DNA of 64,000 nucleotides from Eubacteriales bacterium (GCA_045605765.1 JAZUQQ010000044.1:12466-76465); one strand, 5' to 3'; counted from the first letter of the stretch, positions 30,661 to 41,120 are shown. A program made the numbers and translations. Notes: a model not told the origin generated them from the letters alone.

Positions 30661-33600
30661 CGTCAATCGTTGAAACCTTAAAGGTTATCTCATCGAGGAC
30701 GTCGAGGAGAACCTTGACCGTATCGAGGTTGGTGAACATCGTCACATTGTTCTCGACTGCGTGGCGGCGGATCTGATAGCCGTCCTGCATTTGATCGACC
30801 GAGCCCGGATCACGGGTGTTGATAACGTACGCGATATAACCCTTACGGATAGCGTTCGGAATATCGTCGCTTCTCTCATCCCCGTCGGTGATCTTTGCCA
30901 TTACCTTCGTGCGAATTCCGTGCTCCTTAAGGAACTTTGCTGTTCCCTCGGTGGCCTGGATATTAAATCCGAGATTGTAGAAGCGCTGGATGAGAGGGAG
31001 CGCTTCTTCCTTGTCCTTGTCCGCGATAGTCGCAAGGACCGTTCCGTAGTTCTGTATCTGCATTCCTGCCGCTTGGAGCGCCTTATAGAGGGCGCGATTA
31101 AGCTTTGCATCATAACCGATAGCCTCACCCGTAGATTTCATTTCGGGCGAGAGGTAGGTGTCCATTCCGCGAAGCTTTGCGAACGAGAACACAGGTGCTT
31201 TTACGTAGTATCTGTTCTTCTCTGCGGGATAGAACTCGGTAATTCCCTGCTCACGGAGCGACTGACCGAGAATAGCCTTGGTCGCTATATCTGCAAGAGG
31301 GTATCCCGTAGCCTTCGACAGGAAGGGCACCGTTCTCGATGAACGAGGATTGACCTCTATAACGAAGACCTCGTCATTTTTATCAACGATGAATTGGATG
31401 TTGTAAAGTCCGACGATGCCCAGTCCGATTCCCAGCCTTTTTCCGTAATCGAGTATCTTCGCCTTGACCGCATCCGAAATACTGAACGAGGGGTAAACGC
31501 TGATACTGTCTCCGCTGTGAACGCCCGTACGCTCAACGAGCTCCATAATGCCGGGAACGAATACGTCCTTTCCATCGCATACCGCGTCGATCTCGACCTC
31601 TTTACCCATTATATATCTGTCAACGAGTACAGGCTTGTCCTTGTCGATCTCAACCGCGGTTTTGAGGTAGTGGCGAAGCTGAGTTTCGTTTGCGATTATC
31701 TGCATCGCACGGCCTCCGAGAACGAAGCTCGGACGAACGAGCACAGGATATCCGATCCTTGCCGCAGTCTCAACGCCCTCTTCAATATCGGTAACTGCCG
31801 CGCCGGTAGGCTGAGGAATGTGAAGCTCGGAAAGAATACGCTCAAAGGATTTTCTGTTCTCCGCTCTGTCGATAGCCTCAACGTCAGTACCAATGATCTT
31901 AACTCCTCGTTCGAGCAGAGGCGCGGCGAGGTTTATTGCCGTCTGTCCGCCAAGAGATGCGATTATCTCGTCAGAGCCCTCAAACGCTACGATATTCATA
32001 ACGTCCTCAACGGTGAGCGGCTCGAAGTAGAGCTTGTCTGCCGTCGTGTAGTCGGTCGAAACGGTCTCCGGGTTATTGTTTATGATAATTGCCTCATAGC
32101 CCGCGTTTCTTATCGTCTGAACCGCGTGAACCGAGGAGTAGTCAAACTCTACGCCCTGTCCGATACGGATAGGACCCGCTCCAAGGACGACCTTCTTTTC
32201 CTTGCTTGTCACGACCGACTTGTTTTCGCCCGTGTAGCTGGAATAGAAGTAAGGAATATAATGTCCCGTGTGCGCGGTATCTACCATTCTGTATATCGGA
32301 TATATGTTCTTGCCCGTACGGAACTTCCAAACATCGATCTCGCTCATATTCCAGAGCTTTGCGATATATTTATCGGAAAATCCGAGCTTTTTAGCTTCTC
32401 TGAGCACTTCCTCGTTCATTACGTTATCGATAAGCGTTTTCTCGCAGTCGGTAATATTTTTAAGCGCTTCAAGGAATAGCTCTGTGATCATCGTGATCTC
32501 GTGGAGCTTTTCGAGCGAAACTCCGCGACGGAGAAGCTCGCAGACCGCAAAGAGAGTGTCATCTCTAAAATCAGCCATATACTCGACTATCTCGTCAGTA
32601 GTCATCTTATCGAACTTCGCCATATGGAAGTGGCAAACGCCGATTTCAAGCGAGCGCACCGATTTGAGCAAACATTCTTCAAGAGAAGAACCGATTCCCA
32701 TTACCTCACCAGTTGCCTTCATCTGAGTTCCGAGCTTGTTGGTCGCGTCCGCGAACTTATCAAACGGGAATCTCGGAAGCTTTGCGATAATATAGTCAAG
32801 CGAGGGCTCGTATGCAGCGTTAGTATTGCCAAGTTTGATATCTTCAAGTGTCATACCGACCGCTATTTTCGCGGTAACTCTAGCTATCGGATATCCGCTC
32901 GCCTTGGAAGCAAGTGCCGACGAGCGTGAAACTCTCGGGTTGACCTCGATGAGATAATACTCCGAGGTCGTCGGGTGAAGGGCGAACTGTACGTTGCATC
33001 CGCCTTCTATTTTAAGCTCCTTGATGAGCTTTATTGCACTATCGTTGAGCATCTTTTCGTCTTCCTTCGAAAGGCTCATAATGGGCGCTACCACTACCGA
33101 GTCGCCCGTGTGAACGCCGACAGGGTCGACGTTTTCCATTCCGCAGATCGTGATCGCGTGACCGGTGCCGTCGCGCATAACCTCGAACTCGATCTCTTTA
33201 TATCCCTTGACGCTCTTCTCGATAAGAACCTGATGCACAGGAGAAAGCTTGAATGCGTTGAGACCGACCTCTTCGAGCTCCTTTTCGTCATTTGCAAAGC
33301 CGCCACCCGTTCCGCCAAGGGTAAATGCGGGACGTAGAACTACGGGGTATCCTATTCTTGCTGCCGCTTCCTTTGCCTGCTCGACCGAGTAGGTTATCTC
33401 CGAAGGAATTACAGGCTCTCCGATAGAGGTACACAGCTCCTTAAAAAGCTCTCTGTCCTCTGCTCTTTCGATACTATCACCCGATGTTCCGAGAAGCTCT
33501 ACCCCGCATTCTGCGAGTATTCCCTTCTTTTCGAGCTGCATCGCAAGGTTGAGACCTGTCTGTCCGCCGATACCCGGTATGATAGCGTCGGGACGCTCGT

Positions 33601-33838
33601 ATCTGATTATTCTTGAAACGTATTCCAAAGTAAGCGGCTCCATATACACCTTGTCCGCAATAGAGGTATCTGTCATTATCGTTGCGGGGTTGGAGTTCGC
33701 AAGCACGACCTCGTAGCCCTCCTCTTTAAGCGCTATACAAGCCTGTGTACCCGCATAGTCAAATTCTGCCGCCTGACCGATTACTATCGGACCGGAGCCT
33801 ATTATTAGTATCTTGTGAATGTCTGTTCTCTTAGGCAT
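30656..33838 (-). CDS. carB: Carbamoyl-phosphate synthase large subunit
   Basis: GSGPIVIGQAAEFDY, two ATP-grasp halves (EVNPR twice), C-terminal MGS domain. Confidence 0.98.
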   Translation of the reverse strand: MPKRTDIHKILIIGSGPIVIGQAAEFDYAGTQACIALKEEGYEVVLANSNPATIMTDTSIADKVYMEPLTLEYVSRIIRYERPDAIIPGIGGQTGLNLAMQLEKKGILAECGVELLGTSGDSIERAEDRELFKELCTSIGEPVIPSEITYSVEQAKEAAARIGYPVVLRPAFTLGGTGGGFANDEKELEEVGLNAFKLSPVHQVLIEKSVKGYKEIEFEVMRDGTGHAITICGMENVDPVGVHTGDSVVVAPIMSLSKEDEKMLNDSAIKLIKELKIEGGCNVQFALHPTTSEYYLIEVNPRVSRSSALASKASGYPIARVTAKIAVGMTLEDIKLGNTNAAYEPSLDYIIAKLPRFPFDKFADATNKLGTQMKATGEVMGIGSSLEECLLKSVRSLEIGVCHFHMAKFDKMTTDEIVEYMADFRDDTLFAVCELLRRGVSLEKLHEITMITELFLEALKNITDCEKTLIDNVMNEEVLREAKKLGFSDKYIAKLWNMSEIDVWKFRTGKNIYPIYRMVDTAHTGHYIPYFYSSYTGENKSVVTSKEKKVVLGAGPIRIGQGVEFDYSSVHAVQTIRNAGYEAIIINNNPETVSTDYTTADKLYFEPLTVEDVMNIVAFEGSDEIIASLGGQTAINLAAPLLERGVKIIGTDVEAIDRAENRKSFERILSELHIPQPTGAAVTDIEEGVETAARIGYPVLVRPSFVLGGRAMQIIANETQLRHYLKTAVEIDKDKPVLVDRYIMGKEVEIDAVCDGKDVFVPGIMELVERTGVHSGDSISVYPSFSISDAVKAKILDYGKRLGIGLGIVGLYNIQFIVDKNDEVFVIEVNPRSSRTVPFLSKATGYPLADIATKAILGQSLREQGITEFYPAEKNRYYVKAPVFSFAKLRGMDTYLSPEMKSTGEAIGYDAKLNRALYKALQAAGMQIQNYGTVLATIADKDKEEALPLIQRFYNLGFNIQATEGTAKFLKEHGIRTKVMAKITDGDERSDDIPNAIRKGYIAYVINTRDPGSVDQMQDGYQIRRHAVENNVTMFTNLDTVKVLLDVLDEITFKVSTIDA

Positions 33839-33881
33839 AATGCACCTCGTTATATATTAAGATTTTTATTTTCCTTGACTT

Positions 33882-35159
33882 TTAAAGATTTTCAAAAGCG
33901 CTGTAAACGACCTTGCCGTCATAGACTGTCAAAAGGCATTTTCCAAACACCTTTTTGCCGCCAAACGGCGTGTTTTTTCCCATAGACTTAAAGCTATCGG
34001 GATCTATTTCGTACTCGCTACCGAGATCGAACACTGTAAAGCTTGGCTTTTTTCCGAGCATTTCGCCTCTGTCTATTCCAAAGCGTTCGCTTGGAGCATC
34101 GCTCATTGCCTCGGCAAGTCTTTCGAGGGTCATAACCCTATTTTTCACAAGCTCGGTATACAGTATCGGAAACGCCGTTTCAAGTCCGACGATACCCATA
34201 AGGCTCTTTTCTAGTCCTTTCGACTTTTCCTCTGCGCTGTGCGGAGCGTGGTCGGTGGCAATCATGTCTATCGTGCCGTCCTTTATGCCCTCGACAAGCG
34301 CCCGCCTGTCCTGACTCGAGCGAAGCGGAGGATTCATTTTAAAGTTTCCGTCGTCTACAAGATCGTCCTCGTCCATCACGAGATAGTGCGGTCCTGTCTC
34401 ACAGCTGACGTCAAGCCCTTCGGCCTTCGCCTTTCTTATCAGATCAACACCTTCTTTTGTCGAGATATGGCAAACGTGGTATGCGCACCCGATTTCCCGT
34501 GCAATGGATATATCTCTTTCTATCTGTTTCCATTCTGACTCGGACGAGATCCCTGCAATATTATGCTCTTTTGCATATTTTCCCGCGTGTATCGCGCCAC
34601 CGTTTCTCAGCACATCATCCTCACAGTGAGCTGCGATTATCTTTCCAAGGCGCTTTGCCTCTGTCATAGCTTCTCTCATAACGTCGGCTGTCTGTACCCC
34701 GACTCCGTCGTCCGAAAAGGCAACAACGCTCGACGAGAGCGCTTCCATATCCGCAAGGGTTTCTCCGTCCCTCGTTATTCTGCCATAAGGTATCACCTTG
34801 ATAACGGCATCTCGCTCAATAATATCGGTCTGTTTTTTAAGATTTTCCGCATCGTAGGGCGAAGGACTCAGATTTGGCATCGAGCACACTGTCGTGTATC
34901 CGCCTGCCGCAGCCGCCTGGGTACCGCTCTTAACCGTCTCCTTATAAGAAAAGCCCGGCTCTCGAAGATGAACATGAACATCAACGAAACCGGGAAAGAC
35001 AGCACAATTTTTGAAAACAGAAAACTCTTCCCCCATAACGGAGGAGTCGTCATCACAGGAAAGAGAAATACGCACCGATTTATCATTGGAAACAGTTATC
35101 CCGACATCAGTGTTTTTCGCCGCGCCGTACACGTAAGCATTAATAAGTCTGAAACGCAT
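33882..35159 (-). CDS. pyrC: Dihydroorotase (type I)
   Basis: PGFVDVHVHLREPG, MPN, KMNPPLR, ATDHAPH. Confidence 0.96.
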   Translation of the reverse strand: MRFRLINAYVYGAAKNTDVGITVSNDKSVRISLSCDDDSSVMGEEFSVFKNCAVFPGFVDVHVHLREPGFSYKETVKSGTQAAAAGGYTTVCSMPNLSPSPYDAENLKKQTDIIERDAVIKVIPYGRITRDGETLADMEALSSSVVAFSDDGVGVQTADVMREAMTEAKRLGKIIAAHCEDDVLRNGGAIHAGKYAKEHNIAGISSESEWKQIERDISIAREIGCAYHVCHISTKEGVDLIRKAKAEGLDVSCETGPHYLVMDEDDLVDDGNFKMNPPLRSSQDRRALVEGIKDGTIDMIATDHAPHSAEEKSKGLEKSLMGIVGLETAFPILYTELVKNRVMTLERLAEAMSDAPSERFGIDRGEMLGKKPSFTVFDLGSEYEIDPDSFKSMGKNTPFGGKKVFGKCLLTVYDGKVVYSAFENL

Positions 35160-35221
35160 TTTCTACTCCTTTTATATGTTAATATTATTATAAATACATA
35201 CTAAAATCTTCTCTGCCCGAA

Positions 35222-35250
35222 ATTATACCACTTTTTTCTCTTCTTGTCAA
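35222..35250 (-). promoter_or_regulatory. pyr operon SigA promoter
   Basis: Minus strand TTGACA-17 nt-TATAAT with TG extension. Confidence 0.85.
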
Positions 35251-35376
35251 TAACTATTATGTACTATACTTATATTTCTTTTAAAAACTTTTTGTACGAT
35301 TTCCCGATTTTTCGCATAACACCGATCTGTGCCGTCAAAAATATATCCGTAATAAAACGAAAGGACTTTTGTTTAT

Positions 35377-35622
35377 ATGACGAAATTTTTCAAATTTTCC
35401 GATAAAATCAAAACTTATTCGCGCTGTATTTTCGCATGCTTTCTTGCATCTCTTATAATCGCCGCATCACTCTGTTTTCTCGCACACAGTTTCGAGATAA
35501 ACGAAATATCCTTCTCGCCCTCACAAATCTACGAGCTCACGGGAAGCGAGGGAAAACAACCCGAGATTTCGAGCAAAATCTCAGAGGAGATCTCCGATCT
35601 TTTCGGTAAAAAAGAGAATTAA
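35377..35622 (+). CDS. Small hypothetical membrane protein
   Basis: One hydrophobic segment, AAGGA RBS. Confidence 0.55.
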   Translation: MTKFFKFSDKIKTYSRCIFACFLASLIIAASLCFLAHSFEINEISFSPSQIYELTGSEGKQPEISSKISEEISDLFGKKEN

Positions 35623-35636
35623 AAGGAGACTGTACT

Positions 35637-35894
35637 ATGTATAAGGGCTACAAACGCAAGGTAATAGTCGTAAAGGACACCGGCAGTCGCCTTTTTGACT
35701 CCGCTTATTTCATTGTACGCGAGGGCGCAGACGAGGGCGGCATCAAGGATATGGTCGAGGAAGCATCGCGTATAATAAATGAAAAAACGGCGGAAAACGC
35801 CTGTCCGAACTCCTATAAGCGTTTTTTTTCCTTCTCACTAGGCGCGGCATTCTGCTCGGTTATATTCGCCGCTATGGTTCTGCTTCTCGGCTAA
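35637..35894 (+). CDS. Small hypothetical protein with C-terminal TM helix
   Basis: AGGAG RBS; KG..RKVIVV....SRLFDSAYFIVR resembles a small clostridial protein family. Confidence 0.7.
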   Translation: MYKGYKRKVIVVKDTGSRLFDSAYFIVREGADEGGIKDMVEEASRIINEKTAENACPNSYKRFFSFSLGAAFCSVIFAAMVLLLG

Positions 35895-36218
35895 CGCATC
35901 TAAATTGTTTACAAATAGGAAAAATTCCGTTCATTTGTATGTGTTAGCATAGGATGAATTATTTTGTGCGTATAAAAAGACGGACGCCGTCATACTCGGG
36001 GCGTTTTGTGTATGTTTCCCGCGTCCGTCGCATACATAATTTTATAGACCGGGAGCACCTTACTGCCTTTTGCAAAGGAGTCGTGGTTTTTTGCAGAGGT
36101 GTCAAACAAAGCTCTATTGTCTCTCACTAACCCGTGTATATTTCTGCCCGCACGGTCCTTTTGGCGTGTTTGGGAAAAGTATACCATTTTTCAATCATTT
36201 TAAAGTAAAGGAGTTTTT

Positions 36219-37892
36219 ATGGCAAAAAAGTCAAACAAAAAGCTTAAAATAACCGCTCTGGGCGGTCTCGGTGAGATCGGCAAAAACCTCACCGTACTCG
36301 AATACGGCGAGGACATCATAATAATAGACTGCGGTATGGGATTTCCCGACGACGATATGCTCGGAGTCGATCTCGTTATTCCCGATTTTTCATATCTGAA
36401 AGCCAACGCGGGCAAAATTCGCGGAGTTTTTCTTACACACGGTCACGAGGACCACATCGGAGCTATCCCCTACCTTCTCGACGAAATAGACGTCCCGATT
36501 TACGGAACCCGCCTGACCATCGGCATTATAAAATACAAGCTCGAAGAGCATAAGACTGCGTTCAAGCCTCGCCTTAACTGCGTAAAATCAGGAGACGTTA
36601 TCAGTGCAGGCGCGCTCTCGGTCGAATTTATCCACGTCAATCACTCTATCGCAGATGCCTGCGCACTTGCGATATTCACACCACTTGGAACGGTCGTCCA
36701 TACAGGCGACTTCAAGCTCGACCTCACGCCCATTGACGGCGAGGTAATGGACCTCACCCGCTTCGGAGAGCTTGGCAGAGAAGGCGTTCTGCTTATGATG
36801 TGCGAATCTACCAACGCAGAGCGCTCAGGCTTTACTCCGTCCGAAAAAACGGTCGGGGAATCGCTCAAATCAATATTTATGCGTCATCACAAAAAGCGCA
36901 TAGTTATCACAACTTTTTCGTCTAACGTACATCGCGTCCAGCAGATAATCGATATAAGCGTTGCACATAAACGCAAGGTAGCGGTCATCGGCAGAAGCAT
37001 GCAGAGCATAGTAAACGCGGCGATCGAGCTAGGTTATATGCATGTTCCAAATGGCGCTATAATCGACATCGGAGACGTAAAAAATTACAACCCCGAAAAC
37101 GTCACTGTCATCACCACAGGAAGTCAGGGAGAACCTATGAGCGCACTCTACCGTATGGCGTTTGCCGACAGAGCCAAGCTTAGTCTCGGACACGACGACC
37201 TCGTGGTCATAAGCGCAAACCCCATTCCCGGAAATGAGAAGATGGTGGATAAGATAATCAATGAGTTTACTAAGAACAACATCTCGGTTTTCCGCGACAA
37301 TTCGGTAGAAACTCACGTTTCCGGTCACGCTTGCCAAGGAGAGATAAAGCTCCTGCACGCGCTCGTGAAGCCTAAATATTTTATGCCGATCCACGGCGAG
37401 CATAAGCACCTAGCGGCAAACCGAGACGTAGCTCGTTCTATGGGTCAGGATGCAAATACGATATTCGTGGGGGAGACGGGAAAGATCCTTGAAATCACGG
37501 CAAAGAGTGCGAAATTCAATGGAAGTATTCCGTCGGGTGCGCTCTTTGTTGACGGCTCAGGGGTAGGCGACGTAGGAAACATCGTCCTGCGCGACAGAAA
37601 GCACCTTTCAGAAGAAGGCATCATAGTCGTAGTGGCTTCGGTCTCGCTCGACGAGCAGCTTCTCTTGTCAGGTCCCGAAATCATCACACGCGGATTCGTG
37701 TACATGCGCGAATCAGAGGAGCTCCTGTCCGAGCTTCGCCGTCTTGCCTATGAAACTCTTTACGATGCTCTCGATAAAGGCATCACCGATTGGTCGCGCC
37801 TTAAAAATATTATTAAGGACGACCTTGCGCGTTATATTTATTCCAAAACCAAGCGGCGTCCGATGATACTCCCCGTTTTGCTTGATGAATAA
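36219..37892 (+). CDS. rnj: Ribonuclease J
   Basis: LGGLGEIGKN, THGHEDHIG, HTGDFK, GSQGEP, HVSGH, PIHGE. Confidence 0.97.
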   Translation: MAKKSNKKLKITALGGLGEIGKNLTVLEYGEDIIIIDCGMGFPDDDMLGVDLVIPDFSYLKANAGKIRGVFLTHGHEDHIGAIPYLLDEIDVPIYGTRLTIGIIKYKLEEHKTAFKPRLNCVKSGDVISAGALSVEFIHVNHSIADACALAIFTPLGTVVHTGDFKLDLTPIDGEVMDLTRFGELGREGVLLMMCESTNAERSGFTPSEKTVGESLKSIFMRHHKKRIVITTFSSNVHRVQQIIDISVAHKRKVAVIGRSMQSIVNAAIELGYMHVPNGAIIDIGDVKNYNPENVTVITTGSQGEPMSALYRMAFADRAKLSLGHDDLVVISANPIPGNEKMVDKIINEFTKNNISVFRDNSVETHVSGHACQGEIKLLHALVKPKYFMPIHGEHKHLAANRDVARSMGQDANTIFVGETGKILEITAKSAKFNGSIPSGALFVDGSGVGDVGNIVLRDRKHLSEEGIIVVVASVSLDEQLLLSGPEIITRGFVYMRESEELLSELRRLAYETLYDALDKGITDWSRLKNIIKDDLARYIYSKTKRRPMILPVLLDE

Positions 37893-37912
37893 AACGCGAC
37901 TCCCCGCGCCCT

Positions 37913-38046
37913 TGATATAAATCTGCAAAGCAGATTTATATCATATCGAGTTCGACCGAAGGGAGAACATATCGAATTTACCGAAAGGCAAATATATCGT
38001 GCCGAATACAAAGACGCAAAGCGACTTTGTCGGCATATCGACAAAA
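37913..38046. repeat. Multi-hairpin element with ATATCG linkers
   Basis: Four hairpins separated by ATATCG at 37943, 37969, 37994 and 38035. Confidence 0.6.
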
Positions 38047-38050
38047 TTAA

Positions 38051-38074
38051 AAAACTCCCGAATTCGGGAGTTTT
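38051..38074. terminator. Bidirectional intrinsic terminator
   Basis: AAAACTCCCGAATTCGGGAGTTTT. Confidence 0.8.
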
Positions 38075-38096
38075 ATTTGTTTAATAATGTTTAGTA

Positions 38097-38510
38097 TCAA
38101 CCGCCGGGAATAAATTTCAATTCCATATTCACGGTCTTGCCCGACTCGTCGAAATAAACGAAAAGTCTGTACGGATCGGCGGGGTCTATATATCTGTAAA
38201 TTTCATATACCCACTCCACAGTATCTTTATCAAAGAGAGCATTTTCATAGTTTTCTTTTTCGGCGTGGGAAAAGAAAACGGCTTAATCCGACTTATCTGC
38301 ATAATAGTGCGGATACCCGAATTTTTCAAAAATTTCTTTCTTAGTTTACGATCTGCCTCTTCCTACCCGTTTGCAGATCTTTTCCGTCTGCTCGTAAGTT
38401 TCTGTCGTTACCATATCCTCAATTATTCTGTCAAGAGCAAAAAGACTGAGAGCGGCGAGTAAAATGAGCACAAATATGACCAAAAGCACATTTTTTATCT
38501 TTCTCAGCAC
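38097..38510 (-). pseudogene. Membrane-anchored hypothetical protein pseudogene with two in-frame TAA stops
   Basis: Single frame from GTG 38510 to TGA 38097 reads (M)LRKIKNVLLVIFV...*TKKEIFEKFGYP...*...EWVY...LKFIPGG; stops at 38348-38346 and 38285-38283. Confidence 0.65.
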
Positions 38511-38527
38511 ACCATCACACATTTTTC

Positions 38528-38612
38528 TTTTAATTGAAGTTTTTGGAGTTCCGAGAACCTTTTTTCAAAAAGGTTCTTGGTGGGGCTTCCAAAGGGGCAA
38601 AGCTGCCTTTGG
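38528..38612. repeat. Palindromic REP/BIME-like repeat, copy G
   Basis: AAGTTTTTGG + CCGAGAACCTTTTTTCAAAAAGGTTCTTGG hairpin + CCAAAGG...CCTTTGG module abutting galE stop. Confidence 0.8.
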
Positions 38613-39611
38613 TTATCTATTCTTAACGATAAAATTCCAGCTGTCGCGGCACATCGAGTCGAGGTCAAGCTTTGCTTCCCAGTCAAGAACATCCTTTGCC
38701 TTATCGGTCGACGCGTAACAGGTCGCGATGTCGCCCGGACGGCGGTCGCCGATCTTGTAATTCACCTTAACTCCGTTCACTCTCTCGAAAGCGTTTACAA
38801 CGTCGAGAACGCTGCTTCCCTTGCCCGTACCCAGGTTAACGGTAAGAACTCCCTTGTTTGCTTCAAGATGCTTGAGAGCCGCAATGTGTCCGATAGCAAG
38901 GTCAACGACGTGGATATAGTCACGTACACCCGTTCCATCGGGTGTATCGTAGTCGTTACCATAAACGGTCAGACAAGCGAGACGTCCATCTGCAACGCGG
39001 CATATGTAAGGCATAAGGTTGTTCGGTATTCCGTTGGGATCCTCGCCGAGAAGTCCGCTTTCGTGTGCGCCGATAGGATTGAAGTACCGAAGGAGGGCTA
39101 CCGACATATCGGGATTTGCAAAAGCGATGTCTTTTAGCATTATCTCCTGCATAAACTTAGTCTGTCCGTAAGGGTTTGTTGCCGACGTGGGCATCTCCTC
39201 GGTGTACGGAGCAATATTGTTCATTCCGTAGACGGTTGCGGAGGAGGAGAACACGATCTTCGAGCAACCGTATTTCTTCATGACCTTGCAGAGAACGAGA
39301 GTTCCGAAGATGTTGTTCGAGTAATATTCGAGCGGTTTTGCAACGCTTTCACCGACCGCTTTGAGTCCTGCGAAGTGAATAACTGCGCCGATCTCGTTTT
39401 CGGAGAATATCTTTTCGAGAGCCGCCTCGTCGCAAACGTCGTCCTTGTAGAACTTCGGACGTACGCCGCAGACTGCCTCGATGTTATCGAGAACGCTCTC
39501 CTTGGAGTTTATAAGGTTGTCAACGATAATGGGCTCGTATCCGTTCTTTACGAGCTCAACGACTGTGTGAGAACCGATATATCCGGTTCCGCCTGTTACG
39601 AGAATTTTCAT
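38613..39611 (-). CDS. galE: UDP-glucose 4-epimerase
   Basis: GGTGYIGSH, FAGLKAVGES, YGQTK, LRYFNPIGAH, PNNL. Confidence 0.97.
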   Translation of the reverse strand: MKILVTGGTGYIGSHTVVELVKNGYEPIIVDNLINSKESVLDNIEAVCGVRPKFYKDDVCDEAALEKIFSENEIGAVIHFAGLKAVGESVAKPLEYYSNNIFGTLVLCKVMKKYGCSKIVFSSSATVYGMNNIAPYTEEMPTSATNPYGQTKFMQEIMLKDIAFANPDMSVALLRYFNPIGAHESGLLGEDPNGIPNNLMPYICRVADGRLACLTVYGNDYDTPDGTGVRDYIHVVDLAIGHIAALKHLEANKGVLTVNLGTGKGSSVLDVVNAFERVNGVKVNYKIGDRRPGDIATCYASTDKAKDVLDWEAKLDLDSMCRDSWNFIVKNR

Positions 39612-39656
39612 TTTATTTTTCCTTTCATTTGGGGAATTATTTACTTGCTTTTACCC

Positions 39657-40040
39657 GAAACCGAGCCTGTAAGCCGGGTTCTGTCGGAGTCGGCGGGACT
39701 CTGCCGACCCTACACTGTCATCTATCTTGTCCGTACGTTGCCGTACGGCTCTGCGCCGCCCGAAAAAACACGCCGTGCAAGCGCCGCCGCAAGCGGCGAT
39801 CTTCGGGTGTTGCACCGGATAGGGTTTACATTGACGCACAAAGTTACCAGTGTGCCGGTGAGCTCTTACCTCGCCTTTCCATCCTTGCCCTCTCAAAAAG
39901 AGAAGGCGGTTTATTTCTGTTGCACTTTCCCTGAGGTCACCCTCGGCGGACGTTATCCGTTATCCCGCACTACGGTGCCCGGACTTTCCTCACGGTAATA
40001 CCTTACGGCGACATACCGCGCGACAGCACAGCTCGGTTTC
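39657..40040 (-). ncRNA. rnpB: RNase P RNA, bacterial type A
   Basis: Minus strand GAGGAAAGTCCGGGC, GGAAAGTGCAACAGAA and ACAGAACCCGGCTTAC conserved regions; P1 GAAACCGAGC/GCTCGGTTTC; TTGACA-17-TATAAT promoter at 40077-40049. Confidence 0.96.
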
Positions 40041-40244
40041 CGCTAGATATTATATATCACATTTTCCCGTTTGTCAAATAAATTTTAAACAAATTATGAT
40101 TATTTTTCACGGAAATTCCGACGTTTTGAGCATGAACGGATAAAATTTGCGAAAAATAGGCAAAAAATTTAATACATTGTTCATATCGAGGGGGTAATAT
40201 ATAATATATAATTCTTTTGACTACAATCAAAATCGGAGATTTTT

Positions 40245-41105
40245 ATGTTTTCATCACACGAAAAGACCGACGCGGCGTATACAAGAGAGAATTTTCTTAT
40301 CGCCTTCATTCGTGCCATCGGATTTTTCCTCTTTTATTACACTGTGAGAACGGTCGTTTTCACCTCCGCGAGCATCTTTTTCACTATAAAATATCAGGAT
40401 ATAGACGATGCCCTTGCGGTGTATATGGAAAGCGCAAACGCGCTCTCCTTTTTCTGCGCGATACTAATCATTCTCGGACTGTGCGCCTTTTTTAAGTATC
40501 AAAAAAAGAGTGTATCGACGTCACTCTATATCGGAAATCCCGATATATCGACCATAGCACTCTGCTTTATCGCGGGTATCTCGCTTAATTTTTCAACGAC
40601 ATATATAATGTCATTTCTCCCGAAGAGTCTGCTCGAATCTTACAGCGAGACTTCGTCGGGTCTTAGTGAAGGAAGTCTTCTCTGGTATATCCTTGCGGCT
40701 GTGATAATGGCTCCCATTCTCGAAGAACTTATTTTCCGCTCAATGATGATCTCCCGACTGTCAAGTGCAACGGGTAACACGCTGGCAGTTATTCTCTCCT
40801 CTGCCGTTTTCGGCGCGGTCCACGGACATATCGTATGGTCAACCTACGCATTCCTGCTTGGACTGCTTCTTGGATTTGTATTCGTACGTACTCGCTCGGT
40901 TACCGTCAGCATAGCGATGCATCTTGGATTCAATCTCGTTTCTCTTATCTCGCGCATCGACACCTTTCCTGAAACGCTTATAAACATTCTTTCGCTGTGT
41001 TATCTCGTATCCCTTCCGATTTCCGCACTTCTCATATTGATTTTTATAAAGAAAACCTCGTCCTACGCAAGTAAAACTCCCATAGGCATCGAGGAAATTT
41101 TATAA
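40245..41105 (+). CDS. CPBP (CAAX/Abi) family intramembrane metalloprotease
   Basis: APILEELIFR, FGAVH and H...N (AMHLGFN) motifs. Confidence 0.92.
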   Translation: MFSSHEKTDAAYTRENFLIAFIRAIGFFLFYYTVRTVVFTSASIFFTIKYQDIDDALAVYMESANALSFFCAILIILGLCAFFKYQKKSVSTSLYIGNPDISTIALCFIAGISLNFSTTYIMSFLPKSLLESYSETSSGLSEGSLLWYILAAVIMAPILEELIFRSMMISRLSSATGNTLAVILSSAVFGAVHGHIVWSTYAFLLGLLLGFVFVRTRSVTVSIAMHLGFNLVSLISRIDTFPETLINILSLCYLVSLPISALLILIFIKKTSSYASKTPIGIEEIL

Positions 41106-41120
41106 CAAAGGATTTTTGGT

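Noticed and set aside
39629-39998. Short ORFs upstream of galE
   Set aside because: They overlap the RNase P RNA gene
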